Shown here: piece by piece, positions 1-15,852 of the stretch | Position numbering within the stretch: position 1 is the stretch's first letter | How the letters are laid out: the number at the start of each line of letters is the position of its first letter | Assembly: GCA_964016885.1 (NCBI GenBank) | Contig: OZ024760.1 | Location: 18,910,001 to 18,974,000 of the forward strand | Length of the DNA: 64,000 nt | From: Eledone cirrhosa | Taxonomy: Eukaryota | Direction of reading: 5' to 3' | Made by a program: the position numbers and the translations under genes | The notes under the pieces: generated by a model | The model's input: only the letters and a program-made list of their open reading frames with translations | Told to the model about the DNA's origin: nothing | Database searches by the model: none

Positions 1-570
1 GGAGCTTGGAATCATCAGCGAAAATTTTAATGTTGCTGTGTTTGATGATGTCAGTGATGTCATTAATATAGATGATGAAGAGAAGTGGGCCCAACACAGT
101 GCCTTGTGGGACTCCACTACTGACTTTGGCTGGGCTTGATTTGACTCCCTCAACTACAACATGTTGGGTTCTGTTTGACAGGAAGCTCTTGATCCACTGC
201 AGCAGCTTTCCAGTGACACCAATATTGGACAGCTTTCTCAGTAGAATGTTATGATCAACCCTGTCAAAGGCCTTGCTGAAATCAAGGTAGATAACATCAG
301 TGTTGGAACCCTCTCCCAAGGCTCTCAAAATGTCATCAAAGTGATGCAGTAGTTGCGTCAGGCAATCCCTTCCATTACGGAATCCATGCTGGTTGGAGTT
401 CAGCATATTGTTACTCTCAAGGAAGTGGGTCATTCGCGATCTCACCACTCGCTCAAATACCTTAATGATATGAGAGGTGAGTGAGATTGGACGGTAATTC
501 ACGGCAAGGGATTTGTTTCCCTTTTTGAAAACTGGGACAACAGACTGGGATAGAAGGTTTTCTGGCACAG
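1..570 (-). mobile_element. CR1-clade LINE reverse transcriptase fragment (runs off window start)
   Basis: Minus-strand translation gives [60 protein letters not shown] and KIFADDSKL, which are non-LTR RT domains 1-5. Confidence 0.9.
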
Positions 571-783
571 AATATAATATAATATATATATAATGTATGT
601 ATATATATGTATGTATATATACATATATATGTATGTATATATATATATGTATGTATGTATATATATATATGTATGTATATATATATATGTATGTTTATAT
701 ATATATAAGTATGTATATATATATATATGTATGTATATATATATACGTATGTATATATATATATGTATGTATATATATATATG

Positions 784-814
<31 letters not shown>

Positions 815-1181
815 GTATGTATATATATATGTATGTATATATATATGTATGTATATATATATGTATGTATATATATATGTATGTATATATATATGTATGT
901 ATATATATATGTATGTATATATATATGTATGTATATATATATGTATGTATATATATATGTATGTATATATATATGTATGTATATATATATGTATGTATAT
1001 ATATATGTATGTATATGTATATATATGTATGTATATGTATATATATGTATATATATGTATATATATGTATATATATATGTATATGTATATGTATATGTAT
1101 ATATATGTATATGTATATGTATGTATATGTATATATATGTATATGTATGTATATGTATATATATGTATATGTATATATATG

Positions 1182-1212
<31 letters not shown>

Positions 1213-1213
1213 G

Positions 1214-1294
<81 letters not shown>

Positions 1295-1295
1295 G

Positions 1296-1328
<33 letters not shown>

Positions 1329-1618
1329 GTATATATATATATATGTATATATGTATATATATATATATATATATGTATGTATATGTATATGTATATATAT
1401 GTATATATATGTATATGTATATGTATATATATGTATATATGTATATATATGTATATATGTATATATATGTATATATATGTATATATGTATATGTATATAT
1501 ATATGTATATATATGTATATATGTATATATATGTATATATGTATATATATGTATATGTATATATATGTATATATGTATATATATGTATATATATGTATAT
1601 ATATGTATATGTATATAT

Positions 1619-1650
<32 letters not shown>

Positions 1651-1652
1651 GT

Positions 1653-1684
<32 letters not shown>

Positions 1685-1696
1685 GTATATATATGT

Positions 1697-1728
<32 letters not shown>

Positions 1729-1957
1729 GTATATATATGTATATGTATATATATATATATGTATGTATATATATATATATGTATATGTATATATATATAT
1801 GTATATGTATATATATATATGTATATGTATATATATATATATGTATATGTATATATATATAATGTATGTATATATATATATATGTATATGTATATATATA
1901 TATATGTATGTATATATATATAATGTATGTATATATATATATATGTATATGTATATA

Positions 1958-1996
<39 letters not shown>

Positions 1997-2079
1997 TAAT
2001 GATAATTATTTCGACATCTAGCACGCACAAGACCACCAACTGAGAGGAAAAGCAGATGTATACATTCATACAGACACAC

Positions 2080-2127
<48 letters not shown>

Positions 2128-2160
2128 GAATTAATATATATATATATATATATATATATT
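571..2160. repeat. Compound (TA)n/(TATG)n microsatellite
   Basis: Seen directly; source of the spurious YI/YV ORFs. Confidence 0.97.
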
Positions 2161-2424
2161 AATTTTTACATTATATTCCTGAACGAAAAGGAAGCAGCCA
2201 AAATCAAGACGTGATGATTCATATAATATAATAATTGAGTTGGGGTTTTGTCCGCCTGTTACACAAAACCCTGCATCACACGTTTCCATTTTCATGAAAT
2301 ACAATTGAAATACGACAAAGCTGTGGAGAGGTGTTATAAATGGTTTCATTCACGACCCTTCTGGGCTATTTTTCTTTCTTCCTTTCTTTCTTCCTTTATA
2401 ACTCTCATTATCTATCTATCTGCA

Positions 2425-2610
2425 GGTGGGTTGGCAGTATCGGTAGAAGGTCGGGCGCCGTGCTTTCCAGCATAGTTACGTCCCTTTACGATCTGAGTTC
2501 AAATCCCACCGAGGTTGACTTTGCCTTTCATCCTTACGAGGTCGATAAAATAAAGTACCAGTTATGCACTGGGTAATTGCTGGCCTTGTGCCTAAAGTAG
2601 AAACAATTAT
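2425..2610 (+). mobile_element. tRNA-derived SINE family A
   Basis: A-box-like tggcagtatcggtag, B-box gagttcaaatccc and body actttgcctttcatcctt...gtcgataaaataaagtacc. Further copies at about 7695-7870(-), 9463-9540(-), 27825-28005(+), 55300-55485(-), 58588-58720(-) and 61040-61230(+). Confidence 0.85.
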
Positions 2611-2619
2611 CTATCTATC

Positions 2620-2669
<50 letters not shown>

Positions 2670-2716
2670 CATGTGTATATATATACATGTGTATATGTAT
2701 ATATATATATATATAC

Positions 2717-2807
<91 letters not shown>

Positions 2808-2887
2808 GTGTGTGTGTAAATATGTTTTCTAAAATTCTTGATGTAAAATCGTGAGTTGAATCAAATATTGTTATGCTTGGGGATAAC

Positions 2888-2926
<39 letters not shown>

Positions 2927-2928
<2 letters not shown>

Positions 2929-3120
2929 AACGAGTAAGACCCCGACGGCTGAGCTCAAGCCGTTTCGACGGCTAATTCTGGACGTCCAGAATTAGCCGTC
3001 GAAACAGCTTGAGCTCAGCCGTCGGGGTCTTACTCGTTCCTATTACCCACTCTACTACCCTAAGTATTGAGTACTTTGGTGCGTTATGGTCCACCTGGTT
3101 CCTTACCACATTTCCTTCGT
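2927..3120. mobile_element. Fold-back Penelope-like mini-element carrying the 3' half of a hammerhead (GAAA-stem III-GUC), inserted in (TA)n
   Basis: Near-perfect hairpin at about 2927-3041 centred on ctggacgtccag. The arms read GAAA CGGCU UGAGCUC AGCCG UC^GGGGUC (right arm here has CAGCU). Copies at 44179-44367 and 55642-55822, degenerate copy at 36300-36455. Confidence 0.7.
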
Positions 3121-6112
<2,992 letters not shown>

Positions 6113-6399
6113 GGAGGTGATATGTTGATTAGGCACTACCTTGCTCACAAGTGTTTTTTTTAAGCTTCATATCATGTCTCCCTATTTTATCTGATGAGAA
6201 CGCAAGTTAATTTTCCGAAAGTAGACATTTTCCCACGGCCTAATCCTGTTTCAATCAACAAAGAGGTGGCGTGTGCAAAATTAGGTGACCTTCAAACGCC
6301 TTAAATTTGGAACATTGTGTACGCAACGATTAATTCTGTTCAAAAGCCGTATACTGATCCGTATCTCGACCATTTTCCTTCACTTCCCCTTCTACTCCC

Positions 6400-6790
6400 T
6401 CTATCTATGTACTTGTTTATATACACATACAATGAGAAAAGGGGAGCAAGGAGAAATATGAAAGCAAGGATATTAAGGAGAGTATATATGATATGTAAAT
6501 ATCATATATAGTCTCCTTACTATCCTTGCTTTCATATTTCTCCTTGCTCCAATTTTCTCATTGTATTTGTATATAAACAAGTACATAGATACAAGGAGAA
6601 TGGGAGAGCAAGGAGAAAGGGAGAGCAAGGACGGTAATTAGAAAAGGAGACCAAGGAGAGCAACGAGAGCAATGAGAAAGGGAGAGCAAGGAGGACCAGG
6701 ATAAAAAGAGAACAATAAGAAAAGGAGAGCAAGGATCAAAGGAGAGCAAGGAGAGCAGGGATAAAAGGAGAGCAACGAGAGGATGAATAC
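6400..6790. repeat. Fold-back plus (GAGCAAGGA)n 9-mer minisatellite block, duplicated at about 8480-8850
   Basis: Palindrome centred near 6497 (tatatgatatgtaaatatcatatata). The same block recurs centred near 8575. Confidence 0.8.
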
Positions 6791-6894
6791 AGTTTTACAA
6801 TAGATTAAAAGCACTCAACAGTAACATTTTCTCCAGTTATTAATATTATTCAAAATATTAATAAATGGATACATTCACATAATCAAAATATATG

Positions 6895-6957
6895 TTTTAT
6901 TATATCTATTTCGGAGGTACTGTGCTGTTTTTTTCAGTACGTCCTCATCAGATAAAA
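6895..6957 (-). ncRNA. Type I hammerhead ribozyme (family H1)
   Basis: Reverse complement reads UUUUAU CUGAUGA GGACGUACUG...CAGUACCUCC GAAA UAGAUA UA^AUAAAA. Confidence 0.8.
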
Positions 6958-7072
6958 TACATAAAGTGATGCATGACATACCTCAACTGTGCTGATGGTT
7001 CAATTCCAGTTCTGCCAAGACTGGAATTGAACCATCAGCACAGTTGAGGTATGTCATGCATCACTTTATGTA

Positions 7073-7135
7073 TTTTATCTGATGAGGACGTACTGAAAAA
7101 AACAGCACAGTACCTCCGAAATAGATATAATAAAA
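7073..7135 (+). ncRNA. Type I hammerhead ribozyme (family H1), inverted partner of 6895-6957
   Basis: Stem I UUUUAU/AUAAAA, core CUGAUGA, stem II GGACGUACUG/CAGUACCUCC, GAAA, short stem III, predicted cleavage after AUA at 7129. Confidence 0.8.
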
Positions 7136-7944
7136 CATATATTTTGATTATGTGAATGTATCCATTTATTAATATTTTGAATAATATATATATATATATT
7201 ATTCAAAATATTAATAAATGGATACATTCACATAATCAAAATGTATGTTTTATTATATACAGAGCAAGGTTTTGTCATTTTTAACTACTTTATGCTAGGA
7301 AACGACCCAATCATTCTGTCATATTGTTGCTGTTGTTGTTGTCATTGCTGTTGTTATTGTTGTCGTTGCAATTATTTTATTACTATTATGCTGTTTAAAA
7401 AGATGTTTAAGGCCGGCGTATGCATGGTAGTAGTTTGAGCGATGTGACCTCAATTGACAACCACATTGGGTGTTAATGGCTGTTTTTGTTGTTGCTGTCG
7501 TTGGAGTTGTTATTGCTGTTGTTGCTGTTGGAATTGTTATTGCTGTTTTCGTGTAAATGAAAGAATTAAGTTAAGTTTCGAGTTGAAGCTATAAAAGAAA
7601 AATCGGCTTCAACCAGGGTTGTTTTATATGAGGTTGAAGTGGTTGTTAAAGTTTAACAGAGTTTAATGCTGAGAACTGGAATTTAAATAATAATTGTTTC
7701 TACTTTTGGCACAAGGCCTGCAATTATCCCAGAGTATTACTGGTACTTTATTCTATCGACCCCGTAAGGATGAAATCAAACTTAATCTCGGCGGGATTTG
7801 AACTCTGAACGTAAAAGGCTGTAACTCTATGCTGCAAAGCATGGCGTCAGACCTTCTACCGCCTGGAATTTAAATAATAATAGGCCATCAACCACAACAA
7901 CAGCAACAAGAACTAGAGCAACAACAGCAGCAGCAACAGCAACA

Positions 7945-8475
7945 TTGCTCTTCTTTGCTCCTTGCTCTCCTTGCTCTCCTTTGTCCCTTGCTCTCCTTGC
8001 TCTCCTTTGACCCTTGTTATCCTTGCTCTCCTTGCTCTCCTTGCTCTCCTTTGACCCTCGCTCTCCTTGCTCTCCTTTGACCCTTGCTCTCCTTGCTCTC
8101 CTGTGATCCTTGTTATCCTTGATCTCCTTGCTATCCTTGATCTCCTTGCTCACTTTGTTCTCCTTTGATCCTTGCTCTCCTTGCTCTCCTTTGTCCCTTG
8201 CTCTTCTTGCTCTTCTTGCTCTCCTTGCTCTTTTTGCTCTCCTTTTATCCTTGCTCTCCTTGCTCTTCTTGCTCTCCTTTGATCCTTGCTCTCCTTGCTC
8301 TCCTTTGACTCTTGCTCTCCTTGCTCTCCTTTGATCCTTGTTATCCTTGCTCTCCTTGCTCTCCTTTGATCCTTGCACTCCTTGCTCTCTTTTTATCCTG
8401 GTCCTCCTTGCTCTCCTTGCTCTCCTTTTCTAATTGCCGTCCTTGCTCTCCCTTTCTCCTTGCTCTCTCTTTCTC
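7945..8475. repeat. (CCTTGCTCT)n 9-mer minisatellite; second tract at about 9610-9760
   Basis: Seen directly; source of the spurious SKE/RRA/LSL ORFs. Confidence 0.9.
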
Positions 8476-8964
8476 CTTGTATCTATGTACTTGTTTATAT
8501 ACAAATACAATGAGAAAATGGGAGCAAGGAGAAATATGAAAGCAAGGATAGTAAGGAGAGTATATATGATATGTAAATATCATATATACTCTCCTTACTA
8601 TCCTTGCTTTCATATTTCTCCTTGCTCCCCTTTTCTCATTGTATTTGTATATAAACAAGTACATAGATACAAGGAGAAAGGGAGAAAAGGAGAGCAAGGA
8701 GAGCAGGTAGAGCAAGGAGGATCAGGATAAAAAGAGAGCAATGAGAAAAGGAGAGCAAGGAGAGCAGGTAGAGCAAGGAGGATCAGGATAAAAAGAGAGC
8801 AATGAGAAAAGGAGAGCAAGGAGAGCAGGGATAAAAGGAGAGCAACGAGAGGATGAATACAGTTTTACAATAGATTAAAAGCACTCAACAGTAACATTTT
8901 CTGCAGTTATTAATATTATTCAAAATATTAATGAATGGATACATTCACATAATCAAAATATATG

Positions 8965-9026
8965 TTTTATTATATCTATTTCGGAGGTACTGTGCTGTTT
9001 TGTCAGTACGTCCTCATCAGATAAAA
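8965..9026 (-). ncRNA. Type I hammerhead ribozyme (family H1), duplicated copy
   Basis: Nearly identical to 6895-6957. Confidence 0.78.
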
Positions 9027-9184
9027 TACATAAATTGATGCATGACATACCTCAACTGTCAGACCCTCTACCGATACCGCCAATCCACCGCCTGGAATTT
9101 AAATAATAATAGGCCATCAAGCAACAACAAGGACTACAACAACAACAACAGCAACAGCAACCACAATAACTACAGCAACAAAAA

Positions 9185-9216
<32 letters not shown>

Positions 9217-9250
9217 CCAACAACAACAGCAGCAACAACAACAGCAACAA

Positions 9251-9390
9251 CATTTCCTGTGGAAATCGCATCGGCAGGCCGTGCAGATGAATGGTGCGAC
9301 GTCACGGCGAATCGTCTTGGCACACCCTGGACAGATGGGTCCGGGGTTGATCTCGATGTCGCCCGCCAGGAGGAGGATTAAACGGATATC
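9251..9390 (-). mobile_element. LINE N-terminal fragment: 2A-like StopGo peptide followed by the start of a PHD-type zinc finger
   Basis: Translation DIRLILLLAGDIEINPGPICPGCAKTIRRDVAPFICTACRCDFHRKC. D(V/I)ExNPGP lies at 9337-9360. Confidence 0.85.
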
Positions 9391-9828
9391 ACATGATATA
9401 TACTTGTCCTTTTATTGAGGTGGATAATAGAAACTTTTCCAGTATGACAAACGTTGAATTGATTTGAACTCTGAACGTAAAAGGCTGTAACTCTATGCTG
9501 CAAAGCATGGCGTCAGACCTTCTACCGCCTGGAATTTAAATAATAATAGGCCATCAACCACAACAACAGCAACAAGAACTAGAGCAACAACAGCAGCAGC
9601 AACAGCAACATTGCTCTTCTTTGCTCCTTGCTCTCCTTGCTCTCCTTTGACCCTTGTTATCCTTGCTCTCCTTGCTCTCCTTGCTCTCCTTGCTCTCCTT
9701 TGACCCTCGCTCTCCTTGCTCTCCTTTGACCCTTGCTCTCCTTGCTCTCCCGTGATCCTTGTTGCACCCCCCCCCGGTTATAGAAAAAAAAACGGTGCGT
9801 CTCCCACGACGCAGTCTGGGTAGGATAT

Positions 9829-9915
9829 GGTCCGAGTTCGTAAGTCGCCTGAAGACGACCCCCACACAGCATACCTCTGGAAGGTCTCGGTCCATATAAA
9901 CGGGCTGACTGTTGC
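9829..9915 (-). ncRNA. HDV-like ribozyme candidate (LINE 5' end)
   Basis: P2 CCGAG/CUCGG, P3 ACC/GGU with loop UUCCAGA, P1 3' strand GCUGUGU, P1.1 GG, P4 GGGUCGUC-UUCA-GGCGACUU and J4/2 ACGAA with the catalytic C. The P1 5' strand is imperfect (GCAACAGU). Confidence 0.65.
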
Positions 9916-10341
9916 TGCAGCCGTCACTGTCACCACACGTGTTTCTGTCAAAATCACCGTCGCCGTTGCTACCTCTATTGTTGTTAAATGCATCAACATC
10001 ATCCACTTCTCGACCGTTGCTTGACGACGGAAGAGAACCAAATGGTTTTCCCCTGACATTTACTGTGTGGCGATGACGAAACGAAAAAGGAAAAGGACGA
10101 AAAGGAAGCGATGTCTTGCTCAAGGAAACAAAGTGACGTCCGAAATCAAACTCACATCCTTGCGAATGCCCTAACCACAAGGATACAACACATCACCGGT
10201 CCTAGAATCGAACTCACAAACCACTAAGCAATGCGCCATACATAAAATATGTGTATATATATATATATATATTGATCAATATGCGCATATGTTTTATGTG
10301 TCTCTTGGGTTGAAAAGGAGGTCAAGTATGTTATAATTAGC

Positions 10342-10388
10342 TGCTCCGAAGAATCCAAACCTCGGTTTGGAGGAAACAATTGTAAGCA
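10342..10388 (+). ncRNA. Hammerhead variant (core CCGAAGA)
   Basis: UGCU CCGAAGA A UCCAAACC UC GGUUUGGA G GAAAC AAUU GUA^AGCA. Confidence 0.6.
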
Positions 10389-11134
10389 AATAAATGACTT
10401 AAACTGAACTTTGATTACTGTAATCTCTCTCTCTCTCTATATATATATATCAAAATATGCTGGTTTAGTCATCCATAGTGGTACATCAACATCATCCACT
10501 TCTCGACCGTTGCTTGATGACGAAGACAACCAAATGGTTTTCCCCTGACATTTACTGTGTGGCGATGACGAAACGAAAAAGGAAAAGGACGAAAAGGAAG
10601 CAATTATTGTGGAAGTATACACGTCGTCGGAATTTTTGTTCCCGTAAGTTTGTGATTTTAGTAAGTTTAATTGCGAACGTATTTAAAAAAAAAAAAAATT
10701 GTTTTGTTTCTAAACATACCCCGCTTCTCTTGAAGTGGTCGAAATTAATTGTTATTTAGCCTTCCTGGGCGAAATTCCAATTTGAACTTTGCATTTAGCA
10801 AATACGCTCCCCAAGAAAGATGGCGTCATTCAAAAAAATCTATCTCTCTGCCATGTATACACACAAAAATTACTCCTTCAGCAGGATTTCCTTCTTAACC
10901 TTGTCTATCTGTTGTTCTCTTTGCTGTTGTTGATGATAGTTCGTTGCTGCTGTTGCTGATAGTGGTGACACGAGTCTGTTGCTGTTTGTGGTAGGTGTAG
11001 TTGTGGTGGTGGTGGTGGTGGTGGTCGTCGTCGTCGTGGTAGTCGTGGTGGTGCAGCTGTTGTTCGCTGCTGCTGTTGCCGCCGTCGTCGTTGTTGTTCT
11101 CTGTTGCTGCTGTTCTTGTTGGTGGTGCTGCTTG

Positions 11135-12110
11135 TTGGCAGAGGAACATTCCATTCTTAGTCCCTGGAAAGCTGGTATCAGAAAGGGCCGCAACAGCAGC
11201 ACCGATCAGTGCATTGTCCTAGTTCATTTCAGATGAGTTCCAGTCGAATCGAAACCACATTGGTTGCTACATTCTTCGACTTTAGCCGTGCGTATGATCG
11301 TGTGTGGAGAACAAGACTGCTGCAAGATATGATGAGGCTTGGCATTCCCCTGCGTTTCGTCAAGTGGTTATCCGCCTGGTTTACAAACCGTATAGCAAGA
11401 GTCCGAATTAATGGGACCACTGGTCGCAGTCCCGTGTTTAAAGAAAGGATGCCGCAAGGTTCTGTCCTTTCACCAATGCTTTTCACAATCTTCATAAATG
11501 GCCTACTCAATCAATTCGACAATACAACACATCTCAGCGCATACACCAATGATCTTGCTATCGCCTGCTGCGGTAAGAAAAAGGAGGAAATAGCGCAACG
11601 GTTACAAAAGGAAGTGGATAAAGTGATAGCATGGAGTAAAGTAGTTAAACTCCCACTTAACACATCAAAATGCGAGTCAACCTTCTTTGGAACATTCAGT
11701 GCAGAAGCGAGGTGGCAACCAAATATTACTATTGACGGGGTAAGACTATCCTTTAACCCTAATCCCGTCTTTTTGGGCGTCACATATGATAGGACACTCT
11801 CTCCTTTGGGGAACATGTTAAAAAGATCTGCCAAAAACCTCAACAGCTCGTCAACATCCTACTCACCCTTGGGGGTACCTCCTGGGGCTGGCATACCGCA
11901 GATCTTCGTCAAGTATACATCGCAGTGCACCGCAGCCTGGCCGAGTACGGCTCTCCAGGCTGGTCTCCCTGGTTGTCAGCCACTAACATCGGCAAGCTTG
12001 AAAGAGCACAACTAGAAGCAGCTCGAGCGATCACTGGATATGTACGCACAATACCAACTGAGGCTGTCCTACTTGAAGCTACCTTCCACTGTTGGAATGC
12101 CGCTTTCATG
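11135..12110 (+). pseudogene. Ingi/I-group LINE reverse transcriptase fragment, frameshifted
   Basis: LSPWKAGIRKGRNSSTDQC, FFDFSRAYDRVW, MPQGSVLSPMLF, SAYTNDLA (decayed YADD), NPVFLGVTYDRTL, then SLAEYGSPGWSPWLS..KLERAQLEAARAITG in another frame. Confidence 0.88.
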
Positions 12111-13024
12111 CTCTCTCCCTCTTATATATAATGCGTGTGTGTGTATGTGTTTTTGGTTATATACACCTACGTAAGAAAACGATTGTAGTTAAGGAGAGTT
12201 TAAGAATTCCATAGATTCGACATTCCATTCTTCCACACGAAAGCATTATTAATAAATGATCAAGGTGACTCACATTTCTTTCTGTAGTTACATTATTATT
12301 CTGTTTGTTTCTTCCACGTAAATTCCTTTACAGATTTGCCCCCCCAGTTGTTGAAATGCTCTTGTGGTTTTTAACACATTTGACATTATGAAATATTACC
12401 AAAACCTTATATGATATCGTTACACAATACAGTTGACTTTTGGGTTAAATTTCAAGTAGCAACCTTTTGAGTTTGGACTCCACTTGATATCACATGATAT
12501 ATACTTGTCCTTTTATTGAGGTGGATAATAGAAACTTTTCCAGTATGACAAACGTTGAATTGATTGTTAGAAATCGATATAATAAACGTTTTAGAAAGAG
12601 CAAGACGTAAGACATAAGTAGAATATGGAGATGAGGAAAAGTCATGGTTTGGTGGTTTAAGAAGTTGTCTCTGACACCATTACATCATTATAACAATGTG
12701 TTCTGTCTCTTCTAATGTGGACAAGTCGTAGTTGAATTTTTAAGAAGTTTGCTTTGCAGTCGTCAGAATCCGGGTTCAATTCATCTATGAGGAACTTTGG
12801 GTAAATAACATTTACCCACAACCCCCGGTAGACCCATAGAGGAAACGTAATGGTTGGGTGGTTTAAGAAGTTGTCTCAGACACAATTATAACACTGTGTT
12901 CTGTCATCCCTAATGTGTGTGTGTGACAGCTCACACCTATGCAGGTTTAGCTGGCCTCCTCCAAGGTATATCCCGTCGGAGGTGTCTTGGGTAATTTAAT
13001 GATAGGGACCCCAGTCCTATCATC

Positions 13025-13165
13025 TCATTTCTACAGCTGAGTAAACTGGAGCAACGTGAAATAAAGTGTCTTGCTCAAGGAAACAACACATCACCCGGTC
13101 TGAGAATTGAACTCACAACGTTTCGATTGCAAGCCCAATGCTCTAACAACTAAGCCATGTGTCTT
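13025..13165 (-). mobile_element. tRNA-derived SINE family B (older copy)
   Basis: Reverse complement has tggcttagttgttagagc (A box), gagttcaattc (B box) and the ccttgagcaagacactttatttcacgttgctcc core. Confidence 0.75.
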
Positions 13166-14196
13166 AATGTGGTCACATTGTGGTCGAATTTTTAAGAAGT
13201 TTGACATAGTGGCTGAGCATTCCACAAACAAATATGTTCAGGTTACACGTATCTGCGTTAGATTGCTCAGCCACTGTGTCAAACTGAGCATTCAAACACA
13301 GATACGTGTACCCTGAACATATTTGTTTGTGGAATGCTCAGCCACTTGCACGTTAGTTTCTCGAGCAGCCTGTCTTGTTGAATCATATCGAACAACCATC
13401 ATCGAAACTGACGGAGATCCAACACTATTGGTTTCGACTTGAAAACAAGAATTTAATTTTGGAAATACTCAACATCTTTCCTCCACACGAAATTAAAATG
13501 AAGTTCTAGATTCAAAGAATTTACTAAAATATAGATTTCCATCAATTTATTTAACATTTTGTTTTCACTAACTTAAAATTGTTTATAAAATTTTCTATAA
13601 TATTTTCTATTTTATTATATTTTTATTTTTGAAATGTAAAAAACAAAACAAAATTTATCTGAGAGTAAATAAATACACTTTCATGATTCTCATAATTAAA
13701 TTATCTAAACATTCCATTGTTTATTCAAAATGGATTTATTTTATATTTAAAATAGTTTCATTGTTTATCCAATTTGTTTCACCTCCAATTCTTTTATCTC
13801 CCCTATTTCGTTGAGTTACAATTATTTTCAGAACATTGTTACTACTATTTATTATTATATTTATTATATTTACAATATTTATTTGAATATATATATATCA
13901 TTTTTCATCCATCATACGATTTCGCTGCTATTTTCTCGTTAGTTACCAATTTAAATCCTTAAAACTATCTATATTTACAATCTATTGAACAACAGTTTAT
14001 AATGGAATTCATTTACTTTCTCCATTATCAGCCTGTATGAACATTGAAACATTTACATAGGTACTTAATACAGCTTCTACACTTTTCACACTGTTTATTA
14101 CAGTTATGTAAATATTGAGAAAGGAAGCTCTCAGAGCCATGCAAGCATCATAGGAAATGGAATATATTATGTATATTACATATATTATATATATTA

Positions 14197-14239
<43 letters not shown>

Positions 14240-15810
14240 TATATTATATATATTATATATATTATATTATATATATTATATTTTATTATATATATTATAT
14301 TTTATTATATATATTATATTATATATATTATATTTTATTATATATATTATATTATATTATATATATTATATTATATTATATATATTATATATATTATATT
14401 ATATTATATTATTATATATATCATATATATTATATATATTATATATATCAAGCGTTAAACTAATATATACTTTCATTTTAGACTGGCCTGCTCTCCATTT
14501 TAACCTGCTTTCTATTCTGGCTTGCTAATCAGACTGACCTGCTCACTAGACTGGCCGGCTCATTACATTGGTCTGCTGACTAAACTGACCTGTTTATCAG
14601 ACTGGCCGGCTCACCATATTAACTTTCTCACTAGACTGGCTTTCTGACCACATAGGCTTGCTATCTAGACTGACCTGTTTACTAGACTATCCAGTTCACT
14701 GAACTGGCCTGTTAATCAAAGAAAATATTAATACTGTCTTCTGACCCACGCAGCAAATGAGATTAACCAATGTAATATCATTACATTTGCCCATCTTTTA
14801 GAAACTTTAATAACAGAGAAAATAGTAAAGAGCTACATAAGAATATAAAATATGATTTTTTAATTAAAAGCATCATTTATATGATGTAATGTTTTTCATC
14901 ACCAACAGACACGTCTGCACAATTCTTGTGAAGTTCTAGTTTAATGGATTAACACAGATTCCTTCCCATCTAATTGTATGCTAAATTTAATATATTCATT
15001 TGAATTAATTGTCAAGTAGGTTGAAGACTAAATAATATTTTAATAGTTAAAATGAATTTATGATCGTTTTTTTTTTGTTGTTTAGTTGTTTAGTTGTTTT
15101 GTTGTTTTTACATCTCTTTCGTTTCGTTGGTTAATAACAACAAACATTTTGACACATCTAAACCGATGAAAACATAAAAAGCCGCCAGTCTAATTGTGAT
15201 TGTTGATCTGTTATGTTACCAATGTCGATATAACATTGATTCCTCTCGAGTGTAAAAATTGAGCAAATATCGATTCCTCGACTTCTGTTGTTTTAATAAT
15301 AGCTTTCAGTAATTTTAATAATTAACAGTTTTAAAATTTATTTTCGTTTTCCTAGTTCTTTTGCGGTCTTAATGGTTAATTCCATTCTCTAGTTATGTTT
15401 CTTTTTTTTAAAATGGGATCTTCCAAAGTTCGAGAGTTGTAAGTAAAAACACCAGAAACGGTAAAGTTTAAATGAAGGCACATGGCTTAGTGGTTAGAGC
15501 ATTGGGCTTGCAATGTTTAGCGAGATGTTAATAATAATCCTTGTCTAAAAGTTCGTTATATATATATATATATATATATATGTAGAGGTTGCATTTTTTC
15601 AGGTTATGTCAATATTTATTTATAAAACTAACCTATATTATATTTTATCTAATGAAAGCGCACCATAATTTGCCTTGGTGGCTCTTGAAATATGTACAAT
15701 GAAATAAATATGGTTTTATAAATATAGTTTCCATTTGTTAATATATTGTATATATATATATTTATTAAAATAACAGATTAAAGTTTAATAAATATTTGCT
15801 CTAGGATTAT

Positions 15811-15852
<42 letters not shown>

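Noticed and set aside
7827-8819. SKE/RRAR/GEQ repeat ORFs resembling collagen-like or protamine-like proteins
   Set aside because: Translations of a 9-bp minisatellite, open in several frames on both strands.
12486-12552. Hammerhead-like GAAAC..GUA^UGAC
   Set aside because: The core reads CAUGAUA, too degenerate to support a call.
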